Assembly: GCA_963804085.1 (NCBI GenBank)
Contig: CAWDOQ010000001.1
Span: forward strand, 1-28,275
From: Chlamydiia bacterium
GTDB taxonomy: Bacteria > Chlamydiota > Chlamydiia > Chlamydiales > Rhabdochlamydiaceae
Direction of reading: 5' to 3'
DNA length: 28,275 nt
Made by a program: the position numbers and the translations under genes. Numbering within the stretch: the first letter of the stretch is position 1; every line of letters begins with the position of its first letter. The notes under the pieces were generated by a model that was given only the letters and a program-made list of their open reading frames with translations, ran no database searches and was not told where the DNA came from. Shown here piece after piece: positions 9,146 through 18,319 of this stretch.

Positions 9146-10165
9146 TTGAAACGGAAAAATTTAAAGTTATTAAAACTCTGCATTTATTCTACAGCTGTTG
9201 TAGGCGTAATTTTTCTGTTAATTCCAAATTCATTAAAAAATGACATAAGTCGCTTATTCAACAATCAACACAAAACGAAAAAGAAAAAGACAAGTTCTTT
9301 CAAAAACACGCAAAACTCATCGAACCAAAATTTCTTCGCAAGAAAAGACCCACCTTCCAATCCCATTCTTTATCCACTACCCCAGCTACTCGACTTCCGC
9401 CATGTCCAGGGGTCGGGCGAAGGGATTGGCTTTGGCACCGACTACTCTACCGTTGCATTGCTCCTGGCACCCGACTGCGCGCTGGGAAGAGCAATGCCGC
9501 TAATAGATCTAAGAGTGCACCATTTTGACAACAATACTTACGCTGCAAATGCAGGCGTCGGCTTTAGATACATCCCCTCTCCAAATACTTTTTGTGAAAT
9601 TTTAGGAGCCAACGTCTTTTATGACTTCCGTCAAGGCAGGATGGGAAATTACCATCAACTGGGAGCGGGCATCGAAATTTTGGGAAAGAGATGGGAGTTC
9701 CGCGCCAACGGCTACTTTCCTATCGGCATTAAAAGTCATAAGACAAAATGCACATTCGATCATTACGAAGGGGGATTTTTTGCCATTCATCGCAGGTGCG
9801 AATTTACTGCCTATGGCTACAACGCAGAAGCAGGTTATTACATAATCAACAGAAACGATTTCTCTCTTTATGCAGCAGGTGGCCCCTACTATCTTCTGCG
9901 AAGGTGTGAAGACAACACGCTAGGCGGCGAAGTGAGAATACGCCCTCAGTATAAAGATTATCTCGCGCTTGAATTCAAAGCGAGTTACGACCCTGTCTTC
10001 AAAGCTGTCTACCAAGTCGGTATCACGATCCGCCTTCCTCTCTATCAGATCAGGAATAGAGGATGCAGACCCTGCGGCATGCAATCGCGCCAAGTCTATC
10101 AACCGATCGAACGGTTCGAGATCATGCCTCTCGGCAGGCGCTCTTGCTGGGAAAGAAACTTCTAG
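9146..10165 (+). CDS. Inverse autotransporter beta-domain protein (intimin/invasin-type barrel), no passenger
   Basis: AANAGVGFRY, LGANVFYD, HQLGAGIE and WEFRANGYFPI are intimin-barrel strand motifs. There is an N-terminal hydrophobic anchor and a TTG start. Confidence 0.82.
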   Translation: MKRKNLKLLKLCIYSTAVVGVIFLLIPNSLKNDISRLFNNQHKTKKKKTSSFKNTQNSSNQNFFARKDPPSNPILYPLPQLLDFRHVQGSGEGIGFGTDYSTVALLLAPDCALGRAMPLIDLRVHHFDNNTYAANAGVGFRYIPSPNTFCEILGANVFYDFRQGRMGNYHQLGAGIEILGKRWEFRANGYFPIGIKSHKTKCTFDHYEGGFFAIHRRCEFTAYGYNAEAGYYIINRNDFSLYAAGGPYYLLRRCEDNTLGGEVRIRPQYKDYLALEFKASYDPVFKAVYQVGITIRLPLYQIRNRGCRPCGMQSRQVYQPIERFEIMPLGRRSCWERNF

Positions 10166-10220
10166 CTCTTCCATCGTTTACTAAAAATTATTTTAACTGT
10201 AGAACGAAGCCGGGCACTCA

Positions 10221-11552
10221 TTGAGGGCAAAAAGGTTGCGTATCTTACCTCTGTTTTTCTTAAACATCTCTCTTCCTTCTGCAATCCTTGCAAACCAGGC
10301 AGATTTTTCGACCGCGATAAAAATCGTACGAGAGAAGTCTGTTCAGAAGGAGTTTAAAGAAAGGTCTGAGGCTCTTGAACAGTTATTGGAAGGTCTTGAA
10401 AAAGAGCCCGAACAGCAAGTTGTAATCGTTGAAACGAAACCACCCCCTACCGAACTTCTTGCCGAAGAAAAGGATCCCGAAAAAGAAGAATCGGAAGAAC
10501 TTTTCGCATTAGAGGATGAACTACTTGAATGGCAGGAAGAAAAGCTGCGCGCCCTAAGCCAGATCGAGTCCTACCCAGTCGAAATAGAAGAGGAACCCTG
10601 GACTGATGCATTCGCAGCTGAAGAGGAGCATGCCCCGCCTCTTGCCGAAGAAGTACAAGCTCCAGTTGCAGTTATTGCGGCCGAAGAGAGCCCGCCTGCT
10701 CAAAAAAGCAACGCCCCAATTGCCTACTCTAGCGATTCAAAGCCCAATCTCTACCCGATTCCTAAACGGATAGATGTGCGCCACAACCAAGGGTTTAATC
10801 AGAGAAGCAACTTTGGAACCGACTATACAACAGTCGCCATGCTCCTTGCATCTGATTATGTCCAAGGAAGCGTGATGCCGATGATCGACCTACGAGCGCA
10901 CCACTTTGACAACAACAGATATGCTGCAAATGTTGGTGTAGGCGGTAGGTACATCCCCCACACAGACACATTTTGCGAACTTTTGGGATTCAACGCTTAT
11001 TACGATTATCGACAAGGAGTGCAAGGCCATTACAACCAGGTCGGACTTGGAATTGAAGTTCTCGGGAAAAGATGGGAATTTCGTGCCAATGCCTACTTCC
11101 CGATCGGCATAAAGAGACATAAGACAAAATGCGAATTCAGAGATTTTTCAGGAGGCTTTTTTGCAGTTAACCGCAGATGCGAATTCACCGCTTATGGCTA
11201 CAACGCAGAGGTAGGCTACTATCCGATCAACGGACACACCTTCTCTCTGTACACAGCGATTGGCCCCTACTACCTTCTCCGTAGATGCGAGCACGACACG
11301 CTAGGCGGCCTTGCCCGCGCACGCGCTCAATATCGCGATTATCTAGCTTTGGAAGGTCGCGTAAGCTACGACCCCGTCTTTAAAACGGTGTATCAACTGA
11401 TCGTGCTCTTCCGTCTTCCGCTCTATCAGATCTTCACGCAGAAAAACAGAAAGACTCCTTGCGGCATGTTCGAAAGGCAAGTCTATCAACCGGTTGAACG
11501 CTTCGAAATCATGCCTCTTGGCAGACGCTCTTGCTGGGAACGAAACTTTTAG
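10221..11552 (+). CDS. Inverse autotransporter beta-domain protein with acidic N-terminal extension, no passenger
   Basis: Signal peptide, Glu-rich region of about 140 aa, then AANVGVGGRY, LGFNAYYD, QVGLGIE and WEFRANAYFPI. The C-terminus ERFEIMPLGRRSCWERNF is identical to the upstream paralog. Confidence 0.82.
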   Translation: MRAKRLRILPLFFLNISLPSAILANQADFSTAIKIVREKSVQKEFKERSEALEQLLEGLEKEPEQQVVIVETKPPPTELLAEEKDPEKEESEELFALEDELLEWQEEKLRALSQIESYPVEIEEEPWTDAFAAEEEHAPPLAEEVQAPVAVIAAEESPPAQKSNAPIAYSSDSKPNLYPIPKRIDVRHNQGFNQRSNFGTDYTTVAMLLASDYVQGSVMPMIDLRAHHFDNNRYAANVGVGGRYIPHTDTFCELLGFNAYYDYRQGVQGHYNQVGLGIEVLGKRWEFRANAYFPIGIKRHKTKCEFRDFSGGFFAVNRRCEFTAYGYNAEVGYYPINGHTFSLYTAIGPYYLLRRCEHDTLGGLARARAQYRDYLALEGRVSYDPVFKTVYQLIVLFRLPLYQIFTQKNRKTPCGMFERQVYQPVERFEIMPLGRRSCWERNF

Positions 11553-12985
11553 ACAACAGGCCTATTGAGAAGATCTATCGTCTCTTGTAGATTGCCATTG
11601 CTGAGCACCTCATCCGCTTTCAAATCTCTTGAGTTTTCGTCTCCGATAACAAAGAGATGGTCGATACCCTTAGACTTTTTGGAATAGGGATCGATATTTG
11701 TCTGCCAAGGAGAGTGTATGCTAAAGTCGGTAAATCCCGCTTTTCGATACGCGTCTATCATCTCGTCTCTTTCGAAATTGTTATCGCCGAGAGCTACTGT
11801 GATAGCATCTTCTTGATGATGCTCATAGGTGTATTTGGCAAACTCTTCCCGGCCAGGTTTTGTTGGGTCTCCGGGGATGTGCGCATTGATGATGCGCAGG
11901 TCGCGGCCAGATTGATGAGAAAAAAAGGCATTTTGCAGAGGGCGATTCGGAACACTTGGATAGGCACTGCTTGTGGTTTCCGATCGCTCCGCACAGTAGG
12001 CCAACTGCGTTTTATCGTAAAGAATCACATCCTGGTCTTCTCTTCCATCAGGAAAGCTTTTGACAAGGTCCCAATGCGCCGGAACGCGCGCTTCTAGATG
12101 CTTTAGAAAAGGAGCACCACACTCTTGGAGCGCTACAATCTGACCCTTGGACATCATGTTTTGCACTAAGTCTGCCACCACAATATCTCGCAAAGTCAGG
12201 CCATCTTCTTGTACAACGACATCCAATTGAGAGATCATAGAGCCGTTTAGCCCTTGTGAATCCTTATCAGTCACCCATTCCATGTAAGCGTTATTGAGCA
12301 CATTCCAGCTGATGATGCGCACCCCATTTACCTCGATGCCAACAGGCAAGTGATCCGATGGAAATCTCCATTTTTCATGCAGTTCGCCTACGCAGATCTT
12401 CTTTATCGCAGCTTCGATCTCCCAATTTCTCTTGAGCTGCTGGTACTGCGTATGCACTTGTTGGAGGCGAACACCCGCCATCAGAAGATTTGAACACCCT
12501 TCGATCCAACGGCCTTGCTTAAATTCATCCTTCGACTGCAGGAGATTGATCACCATCTGCAATGCAAATGCGACAATCGAAAGCTCCAAGCCCCCTAACG
12601 TGAGGAGTGAAAGATAGACCATATCATTTAGGATTTTAACTAAAGATGTAGCGGCATCTTCCCAATTGTCCTGCTTCACAAGTTTTTGTATCTCGAGGAG
12701 AAGATCATGGCCCGTTGTGATAACCATACCGGCTCGGTGTTGCAAGAGAGTACCCACTAAAGAGGCCACGGAAACGGCTGTTTGAAAAATATCATTGTGA
12801 TCCGCATTCCAAACGCGCAAGGAGCCCATGGCTATAGAGACGGGAAGCCTGAGAGTAGAGCTTAAGCTTAAAAAAGGAACAGTTGCCAAAGCAACGCGCT
12901 TGTAGAGTTCGGTTTGCTGGGGCGCATCATTAGAATATTCTCGCGTATAAAGAACATTTTTATAATCTGATACTCTTGCTGTCAT
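11549..12985 (-). CDS. Hydrophobic N-terminal domain fused to an endonuclease/exonuclease/phosphatase (EEP) domain
   Basis: EEP motifs IISWNVLN, VALQE, IINAH, LGDNN, GIDHLFV and PSDHLPV. The N-terminal ~185 aa have several hydrophobic helices and no signal peptide. GAGGAG RBS. Confidence 0.85.
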   Translation of the reverse strand: MTARVSDYKNVLYTREYSNDAPQQTELYKRVALATVPFLSLSSTLRLPVSIAMGSLRVWNADHNDIFQTAVSVASLVGTLLQHRAGMVITTGHDLLLEIQKLVKQDNWEDAATSLVKILNDMVYLSLLTLGGLELSIVAFALQMVINLLQSKDEFKQGRWIEGCSNLLMAGVRLQQVHTQYQQLKRNWEIEAAIKKICVGELHEKWRFPSDHLPVGIEVNGVRIISWNVLNNAYMEWVTDKDSQGLNGSMISQLDVVVQEDGLTLRDIVVADLVQNMMSKGQIVALQECGAPFLKHLEARVPAHWDLVKSFPDGREDQDVILYDKTQLAYCAERSETTSSAYPSVPNRPLQNAFFSHQSGRDLRIINAHIPGDPTKPGREEFAKYTYEHHQEDAITVALGDNNFERDEMIDAYRKAGFTDFSIHSPWQTNIDPYSKKSKGIDHLFVIGDENSRDLKADEVLSNGNLQETIDLLNRPVV

Positions 12986-13091
12986 AATTACTCCTCATTT
13001 TTGCAACTATTTTAACTATTTTCATAATTAACTTCAATGTTGATTAAATTTTTATTTCCAAATAATTATTAGTGAGTTTTTCAAGAAAATA

Positions 13092-13120
13092 TTGATGAAA
13101 ATTTGTTTCGGCTATATTCT
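13092..13120 (+). promoter_or_regulatory. Candidate sigma70/sigma66 promoter of the glycan cluster
   Basis: TTGATG-17 bp-TATTCT in an AT-rich divergent intergenic region. Confidence 0.35.
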
Positions 13121-13159
13121 ATGCCCATTTCCTCTGTACTGGACAAAAGTTTGGAAGAC

Positions 13160-13267
13160 AAAGAGTTAAAACAGGATGGGCAGGATAAGCAAGATGAAGA
13201 AAGAATCCTGTTTTAGATCATTCTCTTTCTTATCCTGTCTATCCTGCCCATCCTGTTTTAACTCTTT
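13160..13267. repeat. Long REP-like palindrome with 9-bp CAGGAT units
   Basis: Perfect 28-bp inverted repeat AAAGAGTTAAAACAGGATGGGCAGGATA (13160-13187) / TATCCTGCCCATCCTGTTTTAACTCTTT (13240-13267), with imperfect inward extension. Confidence 0.85.
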
Positions 13268-14102
13268 TTCTTTCTTATTCTGTCGCTTGGCATCCTGTAG
13301 AAATTCTTCTGTATTAATTTTTTATCCAGTACGGAGACCGATTTCACTGCAAAAGAGAAGGGGGAGATTATTCACTATCGTTCTGGGCGGATTACTTGCT
13401 GTATCTCCATTGAATGCTGTCTCGACCAGAGATTCAGATTTGGGAGGAAAATTAGAGCTGGGGATGTCCCAAGAGCCTTTATTTGTCAGTCTGGGTTCGG
13501 TTTGTGAAACGGCTCATATGCATAGAGAATGCGGCATTAGAAAAGCAGCTTTCCCTTTTGATTGGATTGTTTCTTTTGATGGAGAAAAACTGATTGAGCT
13601 TTTGGAGGAGGATTTTCTCCATTTCTTGAATCCTCACTTCCTAAGAGTTGCAGGAGCATCCCTTCTAAATGATTACTATCACCTGGAATTCCTCAATGAA
13701 GGAGACTGGGAAGATGCTGCTTATAAAATAGAAGAATTTACGAAGAAGTGTAATAGAAGAATCGATCGATTTAGACAACTAGGCAATTACGGGGGAAAAG
13801 TTTTTTTTGTAAGAACGGCATATCGCTATTCTCTTACGGATCCTCACCGCATCTGGAAAAATGAAGAGAACGTTTGGATCAGCCATGAATATGCAGAAAG
13901 GCTTTACAAGACGCTCAAGAATTACTTCCCTGACTTGGATTTTGACTTGGTGATTATCAATTTGCGAGACGGGACGGGTTTTGAAGTGGAGAAGTCTTCC
14001 GATCATCTTTTAATGGTAAAAATAGGGTGTATGATGATCGATTCTTATAAGGATTTTTACTCTCAATTGCTTATGGAAAGGGGCCTAAAATCCCCCCAAT
14101 GA
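13176..14102 (+). CDS. DUF1796-family putative papain-like cysteine peptidase (true start probably downstream, about 13350-13464)
   Basis: FVSLGSVCETA...RKAAFPFDW...RRIDRF...VFFVR. The first ~30 codons are translated palindrome. LFTIVLGGLLAVSPLNA looks like a signal peptide. Confidence 0.78.
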   Translation: MGRISKMKKESCFRSFSFLSCLSCPSCFNSFSFLFCRLASCRNSSVLIFYPVRRPISLQKRRGRLFTIVLGGLLAVSPLNAVSTRDSDLGGKLELGMSQEPLFVSLGSVCETAHMHRECGIRKAAFPFDWIVSFDGEKLIELLEEDFLHFLNPHFLRVAGASLLNDYYHLEFLNEGDWEDAAYKIEEFTKKCNRRIDRFRQLGNYGGKVFFVRTAYRYSLTDPHRIWKNEENVWISHEYAERLYKTLKNYFPDLDFDLVIINLRDGTGFEVEKSSDHLLMVKIGCMMIDSYKDFYSQLLMERGLKSPQ

Positions 14103-15052
14103 ACCTATCCCGATATTTCATTCTTCTTATTCTATCTGTAACAATGTGTTACTCCTTCTTAAACGGAGAAAATTATCCTTCCCGGTTTGAAGGCCGTTTT
14201 GCAGCATGGAAACAAAAGCGACTAGAATTCCTCTCCCTCTTTCTTCCTGCAAACTCTGTTGTTCTTCAAGCCGGAGGATATTATGGAGCTGAGACCCTTG
14301 ATTTTGCAGATCGCTGGCCGCAAGGCAAAATCATCTCATTTGAACCCAATCCGCATGCTTTTGAGATCCTTTCGTCCAAAACAGCAAATTTCGATAACAT
14401 TGCGGTTTACAACCTTGCCTTGAGCGATTCTTCTCGAATGAGTCCTTTTTATGTTTGTTATGGCTCCTCAGGTAGCGACGTTGTTTTTGAGCATGCAAGC
14501 TCTTTACTTTTGCCTTCTTCGTGTATGAAGGTCCATTATCAGGGGCCATGCATTAATGTTGAGTGCACCGTGCTTGATGAATGGTGTAGCCAAAACAAAA
14601 TCGATCATATTGATTTCATGTGTTTGAATTTACAAGGAGCAGAACTTCAAGCTTTGAAAAGTTCTCCTGAAATATTAAAAAACACAACATGCATCGCTGT
14701 TCACACCCATTTTTTCCCATTTCGCGTTGGAACCACACAATACCCGGCATTGAAAAGCTTTCTCGAGCATTCCGGCTTCCAACTTCTAGCGCATTGGTAC
14801 AGAGAAGGGTTGGATGGAGATGCAATTTTCGTAAAAAACGACTATTTTTTTAATAGAGAAAAAGAGAAATTCTTAAAACACAACAAGATCGACGGTGCAT
14901 ATAGAAGATATTACGAGCCTTTCTTTAAAGTGTACTACGATTTAGATGATTTAGACGATGGAGACTCACTTAAAACATGTCTTAAAAAGGGGCTACCCTA
15001 CGAAGGCAATATTGGAATCATAATCGATCGCCTGACAAATCTACTGCAATGA
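14099..15052 (+). CDS. FkbM-family methyltransferase with signal peptide
   Basis: VLQAGGYYG, ISFEPNP, YNLALSD, SSLL, TVLDEW, IDFMCLNLQGAE; signal MNLSRYFILLILSVTMCYSFLNG. Confidence 0.85.
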   Translation: MNLSRYFILLILSVTMCYSFLNGENYPSRFEGRFAAWKQKRLEFLSLFLPANSVVLQAGGYYGAETLDFADRWPQGKIISFEPNPHAFEILSSKTANFDNIAVYNLALSDSSRMSPFYVCYGSSGSDVVFEHASSLLLPSSCMKVHYQGPCINVECTVLDEWCSQNKIDHIDFMCLNLQGAELQALKSSPEILKNTTCIAVHTHFFPFRVGTTQYPALKSFLEHSGFQLLAHWYREGLDGDAIFVKNDYFFNREKEKFLKHNKIDGAYRRYYEPFFKVYYDLDDLDDGDSLKTCLKKGLPYEGNIGIIIDRLTNLLQ

Positions 15053-15151
15053 TTTCATAGCATTTCCTGTTGAATTAAACGCCGATCTGGCAAAATTCAA
15101 AAACAATTTCCGAAAACTTGATTTAAATCATTTTGAAATAGGACTGCAAAA

Positions 15152-15989
15152 ATGAAAAAGTTCTTACTTCCTCTTGATCTTGCTGTTGAACACAACGCCG
15201 CAAATAGCACAAACGAGCGAAATTCGTACTGCCGATGATATTACCTATGAATGGCTGACAACTGTTGGTGCCGCCACAGGTTACACCGATCACATCATCC
15301 ATTTTCAAAAACTATTCCAAGTTATGAAAGTGCGTACGTTTCTTGAATTTGGATTGGGCTTTTCCACAAAATACTTTTTAGACTCGAGCAAGAAGGTTAT
15401 CTCGGTGGAATTTATCACCAACGGATATGGCCCAGAGTGGATGAAAAGCTGTATTGATCTTTATCGGGACTACCCAAATTGGATTCCCATCGCTTACTTT
15501 TCAGGCTTTCCGAAAGATACGAATTGGGCTCCTTACAAGTATTTGGGATCGGAGCATGTTTACAAGGCCGGATCTTACCAGTGCGCTACTCATAAAAACT
15601 ATGCTCTTATCGATAAGTTTTATCTAACCGAACTCGATGCATTTATCACTAATTGCGTCAAAACAAATAAGATCGATGTGGCGTTCGTGGATTCGGGATT
15701 GTATCTGCGAGGTGATCTTGTCCAGCTCTTATTTGGCAAAGTTCCTGTAATTCTAGCTCATGATACGCGATGCCGAGACATGGGAATGCAAGATGACGTA
15801 TACGGCTACTCTCGAATTGTCACACCTGAAGATTATGAAGAGATTTTCATCTCTTCAGGGCAGGGGACTACTGTCTGGATCAAAAGAAGTGATCAGTACA
15901 GAGAAGTGGCAGCTGAGCTTAAAACTTATGCTGAAAACATAAGAAAAGTTACACTCAATTTGCTTCTCTTTTTTTCTGTTTTTTCTTAG
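15152..15989 (+). CDS. Class I SAM-methyltransferase-fold protein (apparent frameshift in the signal peptide)
   Basis: FLEFGLGFST, VISVE, DVAFVD and ILAHD motifs. The ATG at 15152 (MKKFLL) is out of frame with LILLLNTT..., which suggests a 1-nt indel. Paralogous to the C-terminal domain of 20034-22253. Confidence 0.72.
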
Positions 15990-16004
15990 CATCGACTTTC
16001 GCTT

Positions 16005-16935
16005 ATGACACTACGACATTTCTTTCTCCTATTCGCGCTCTCTCTACATGCTCTTCAAGCAGATGTCCAAGACTACTTTAAGAAGGTCCCGGACAAATCG
16101 GGCTTTCATCAGATGAAAAACATCGATTTCATCTACACAATCAATCTCGATCAAAGACCTGAAAAATTTGCAACTTGTACAAAGCAGCTGAACGTTTATG
16201 GTATCTACCCATGTCGTTTTTCTGCAGTAAATGGCTGGGAGCTCTCTTTAGAAACGATCAACGACTTAGGGGTTAAATATGCACCTTGGATGACGAACGG
16301 ACAATGGAGCACCTGGTACCCGATCGAGGGAGATGGTAAACCCCAGCATGAGATCGTGCACGAAATTGGAAGAACCTATTTTTGCCACTGCATGGCACGC
16401 GGTCCGATCGGTATTGTCTTAAGCCATCTTTCTGTTTTGCAAGATGCCTATGACTCTGGTTATGAGACTATTTGGGTGATGGAAGATGATATTGAGATCA
16501 TTCGCAATCCCCATATTCTTTCGAACCTGATCGAACAGCTCGATTCTCTCGTTGGAAAAGAAGGATGGGACATCTTGTTTACTGATCGTGATACAAAAAA
16601 CAATAATGGGCAATACGTGCCTTGTACCTCTTACGCATGGAGACCCAATTTTGCACCAACGGATCCCTATCGCTTTGGAAAAACGCGTGAGGTCAGTGCA
16701 GACTTAAGGCAGATCGGAGCACGTTACGGCGCCTACTCTATGATCGTGCGAAGATCGGGGATGAAAAAGCTTTTGCACTTCTTTAAAAAGTATGATGTCT
16801 TTCCTCCCCTTCGATATGGAGTTTGCTTTTCCTAATGATATGCACTTGTTTACTGTTACGAGCGATGTCGTCTCGACAAAGCCGGGATCACCTTCAGATA
16901 ATGGCGCACCTAATTACAAAAACCCAAGACCTTAA
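16005..16935 (+). CDS. Glycosyltransferase family 25 protein with signal peptide (frameshift near 16800)
   Basis: IYTINLDQRPEK, RFSAVNG, GPIGIVLSH, IWVMEDD. The tail LPFDMEFAFP...DVVS...PSDNGAPNY continues in another frame to TAA 16935, matching both paralogs. Confidence 0.85.
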
Positions 16936-16940
16936 GACAA

Positions 16941-17639
16941 ATGGATTATTACAATCACAATCCCCAGACTGAATCGCACTATGAATACGTTATAAACCGC
17001 AAAGAATCTTTGGTTATTTCTCCCGAACAAGCCAAACAACAAGCCTTCGTTGCTATGAGTCAATTGGAAGGGTGGTGTTCGCAAGAAAAAGCCTCTCTTC
17101 TCATGGATCTTATTTTCGCAAGCAAACCAAAAACACTTGTCGAAATAGGCGTATTCGGAGGTAAGTCACTTATCCCAATGGCCTACGCTTTAAAAGCAAA
17201 TGAGCAAGGGAAAATTTACGGAATCGATCCTTGGGAAAGTAGCGCCTCGATCGAAGGTGCCGCAAATCAAGCCAACAAAGAGTGGTGGAGTGCTCTAAAT
17301 CACGAAGCGATTAGGCAAGGTCTTGTAAATAAGATTAAACTCTTCGCCTTGGAAAAAGAGATAGAATTGATCAAAAGCAGCTCCGCTGATGCAGTGCCTA
17401 TCTCTGAGATCGACCTGCTTCATATCGATGGAAACCACTCGGATGCCACCTCTTATCTCGACGTGACAAAATGGGTGCCTTTGGTCGCAAGTGGCGGATG
17501 GATCGTATTTGACGATCTAACCTGGCATGAAAATGGTGTCTATACAACTGCGCGTGCAGTTGAATGGCTCAATGCAAATTGCATTAAGTTTGCTGAGTTC
17601 ACCGATTCTTGTACTTGGGGAGTCTGGATAAAACCATGA
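16941..17639 (+). CDS. Class I SAM-dependent methyltransferase (Methyltransf_24-like), no signal peptide
   Basis: GWCS.EKA, VEIGVFGGKS, GIDPW, DLLHIDGNH, GGWIVFDD. Confidence 0.88.
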   Translation: MDYYNHNPQTESHYEYVINRKESLVISPEQAKQQAFVAMSQLEGWCSQEKASLLMDLIFASKPKTLVEIGVFGGKSLIPMAYALKANEQGKIYGIDPWESSASIEGAANQANKEWWSALNHEAIRQGLVNKIKLFALEKEIELIKSSSADAVPISEIDLLHIDGNHSDATSYLDVTKWVPLVASGGWIVFDDLTWHENGVYTTARAVEWLNANCIKFAEFTDSCTWGVWIKP

Positions 17640-18307
17640 GAACGCTTCTCCTCTGTTTATGTTTTTTAGCTTCCTCTCTTCATGCCAATTCTGAAGTGGA
17701 AAAGTTAAAGCAGCGCGTCTTACTCGTACTTCCTACTCTGCAAGGCTGGTGCTCCAAAGAAAAAGCGATCAACTTTATCGATCTAGTCCTGGAAACCAAG
17801 CCGCGCGTTTGCGTAGAAATCGGGGTGTTCGGAGGCTCCTCAGTTTTTCCGGTCGCCTCGACGCTGAAGTTTTTAGGGCAAGGGGTCATCATCGGCATCG
17901 ATCCTTGGGATAAACTAGAATGCATTAAGTATTTCGATCCTGAAGAAGACAAAGCCCACTTAGAGTGGTGGGGAAAGGTCAACATGGATCACATCTACAT
18001 CTCCTACTTAAACATGATAAAAAGGCATGGATTGATCGACTACTGTTTGACGATGCGATCTACCTCTGAAGAAGCAGCTTCTGAAATCGACAGCATCGAT
18101 ATTTTGTATATCGATGGCAATCACAACGAAGCTGTCTCTACCAAAGACGTGACGCTCTATCTACCCAAAGTCAAAAAGGGTGGCTACATCTGGTTGGACG
18201 ATGCGTTATGGACGGGCACACAGCAGGCGGTCGATCTACTTTTAGTCTCTTGCGATGTCGTCAAGTTAATAGATAGTGGAAATTGCATTTTATTTAGAAA
18301 AAGATAG
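17636..18307 (+). CDS. Class I SAM-dependent methyltransferase (Methyltransf_24-like) with signal peptide
   Basis: Start at MRTLLLCLCFLASSLHA (17636); GWCS.EKA, VEIGVFGGSS, GIDPW, DILYIDGNH, GGYIWLDD. Tandem paralog of the previous gene. Confidence 0.88.
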   Translation: MRTLLLCLCFLASSLHANSEVEKLKQRVLLVLPTLQGWCSKEKAINFIDLVLETKPRVCVEIGVFGGSSVFPVASTLKFLGQGVIIGIDPWDKLECIKYFDPEEDKAHLEWWGKVNMDHIYISYLNMIKRHGLIDYCLTMRSTSEEAASEIDSIDILYIDGNHNEAVSTKDVTLYLPKVKKGGYIWLDDALWTGTQQAVDLLLVSCDVVKLIDSGNCILFRKR

Positions 18308-18319
18308 CCGAGTGAAGCC

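Noticed and set aside
6275-13267. tRNA-anchored genomic island or prophage
   Set aside because: The variable DNA lies at the tRNA 5' side. I found no integrase, phage gene or duplicated tRNA 3' end.
13176-13345. Cys-rich N-terminus (CLSCPSC) of the DUF1796 ORF as a metal-binding motif
   Set aside because: It is the translation of the ATCCTG palindrome arm; the real start is probably downstream.
16790-16935. Programmed frameshift or phase variation in the first GT25
   Set aside because: There is no long homopolymer or slippery heptamer, and similar single indels occur in unrelated genes, so error or simple mutation is more likely.
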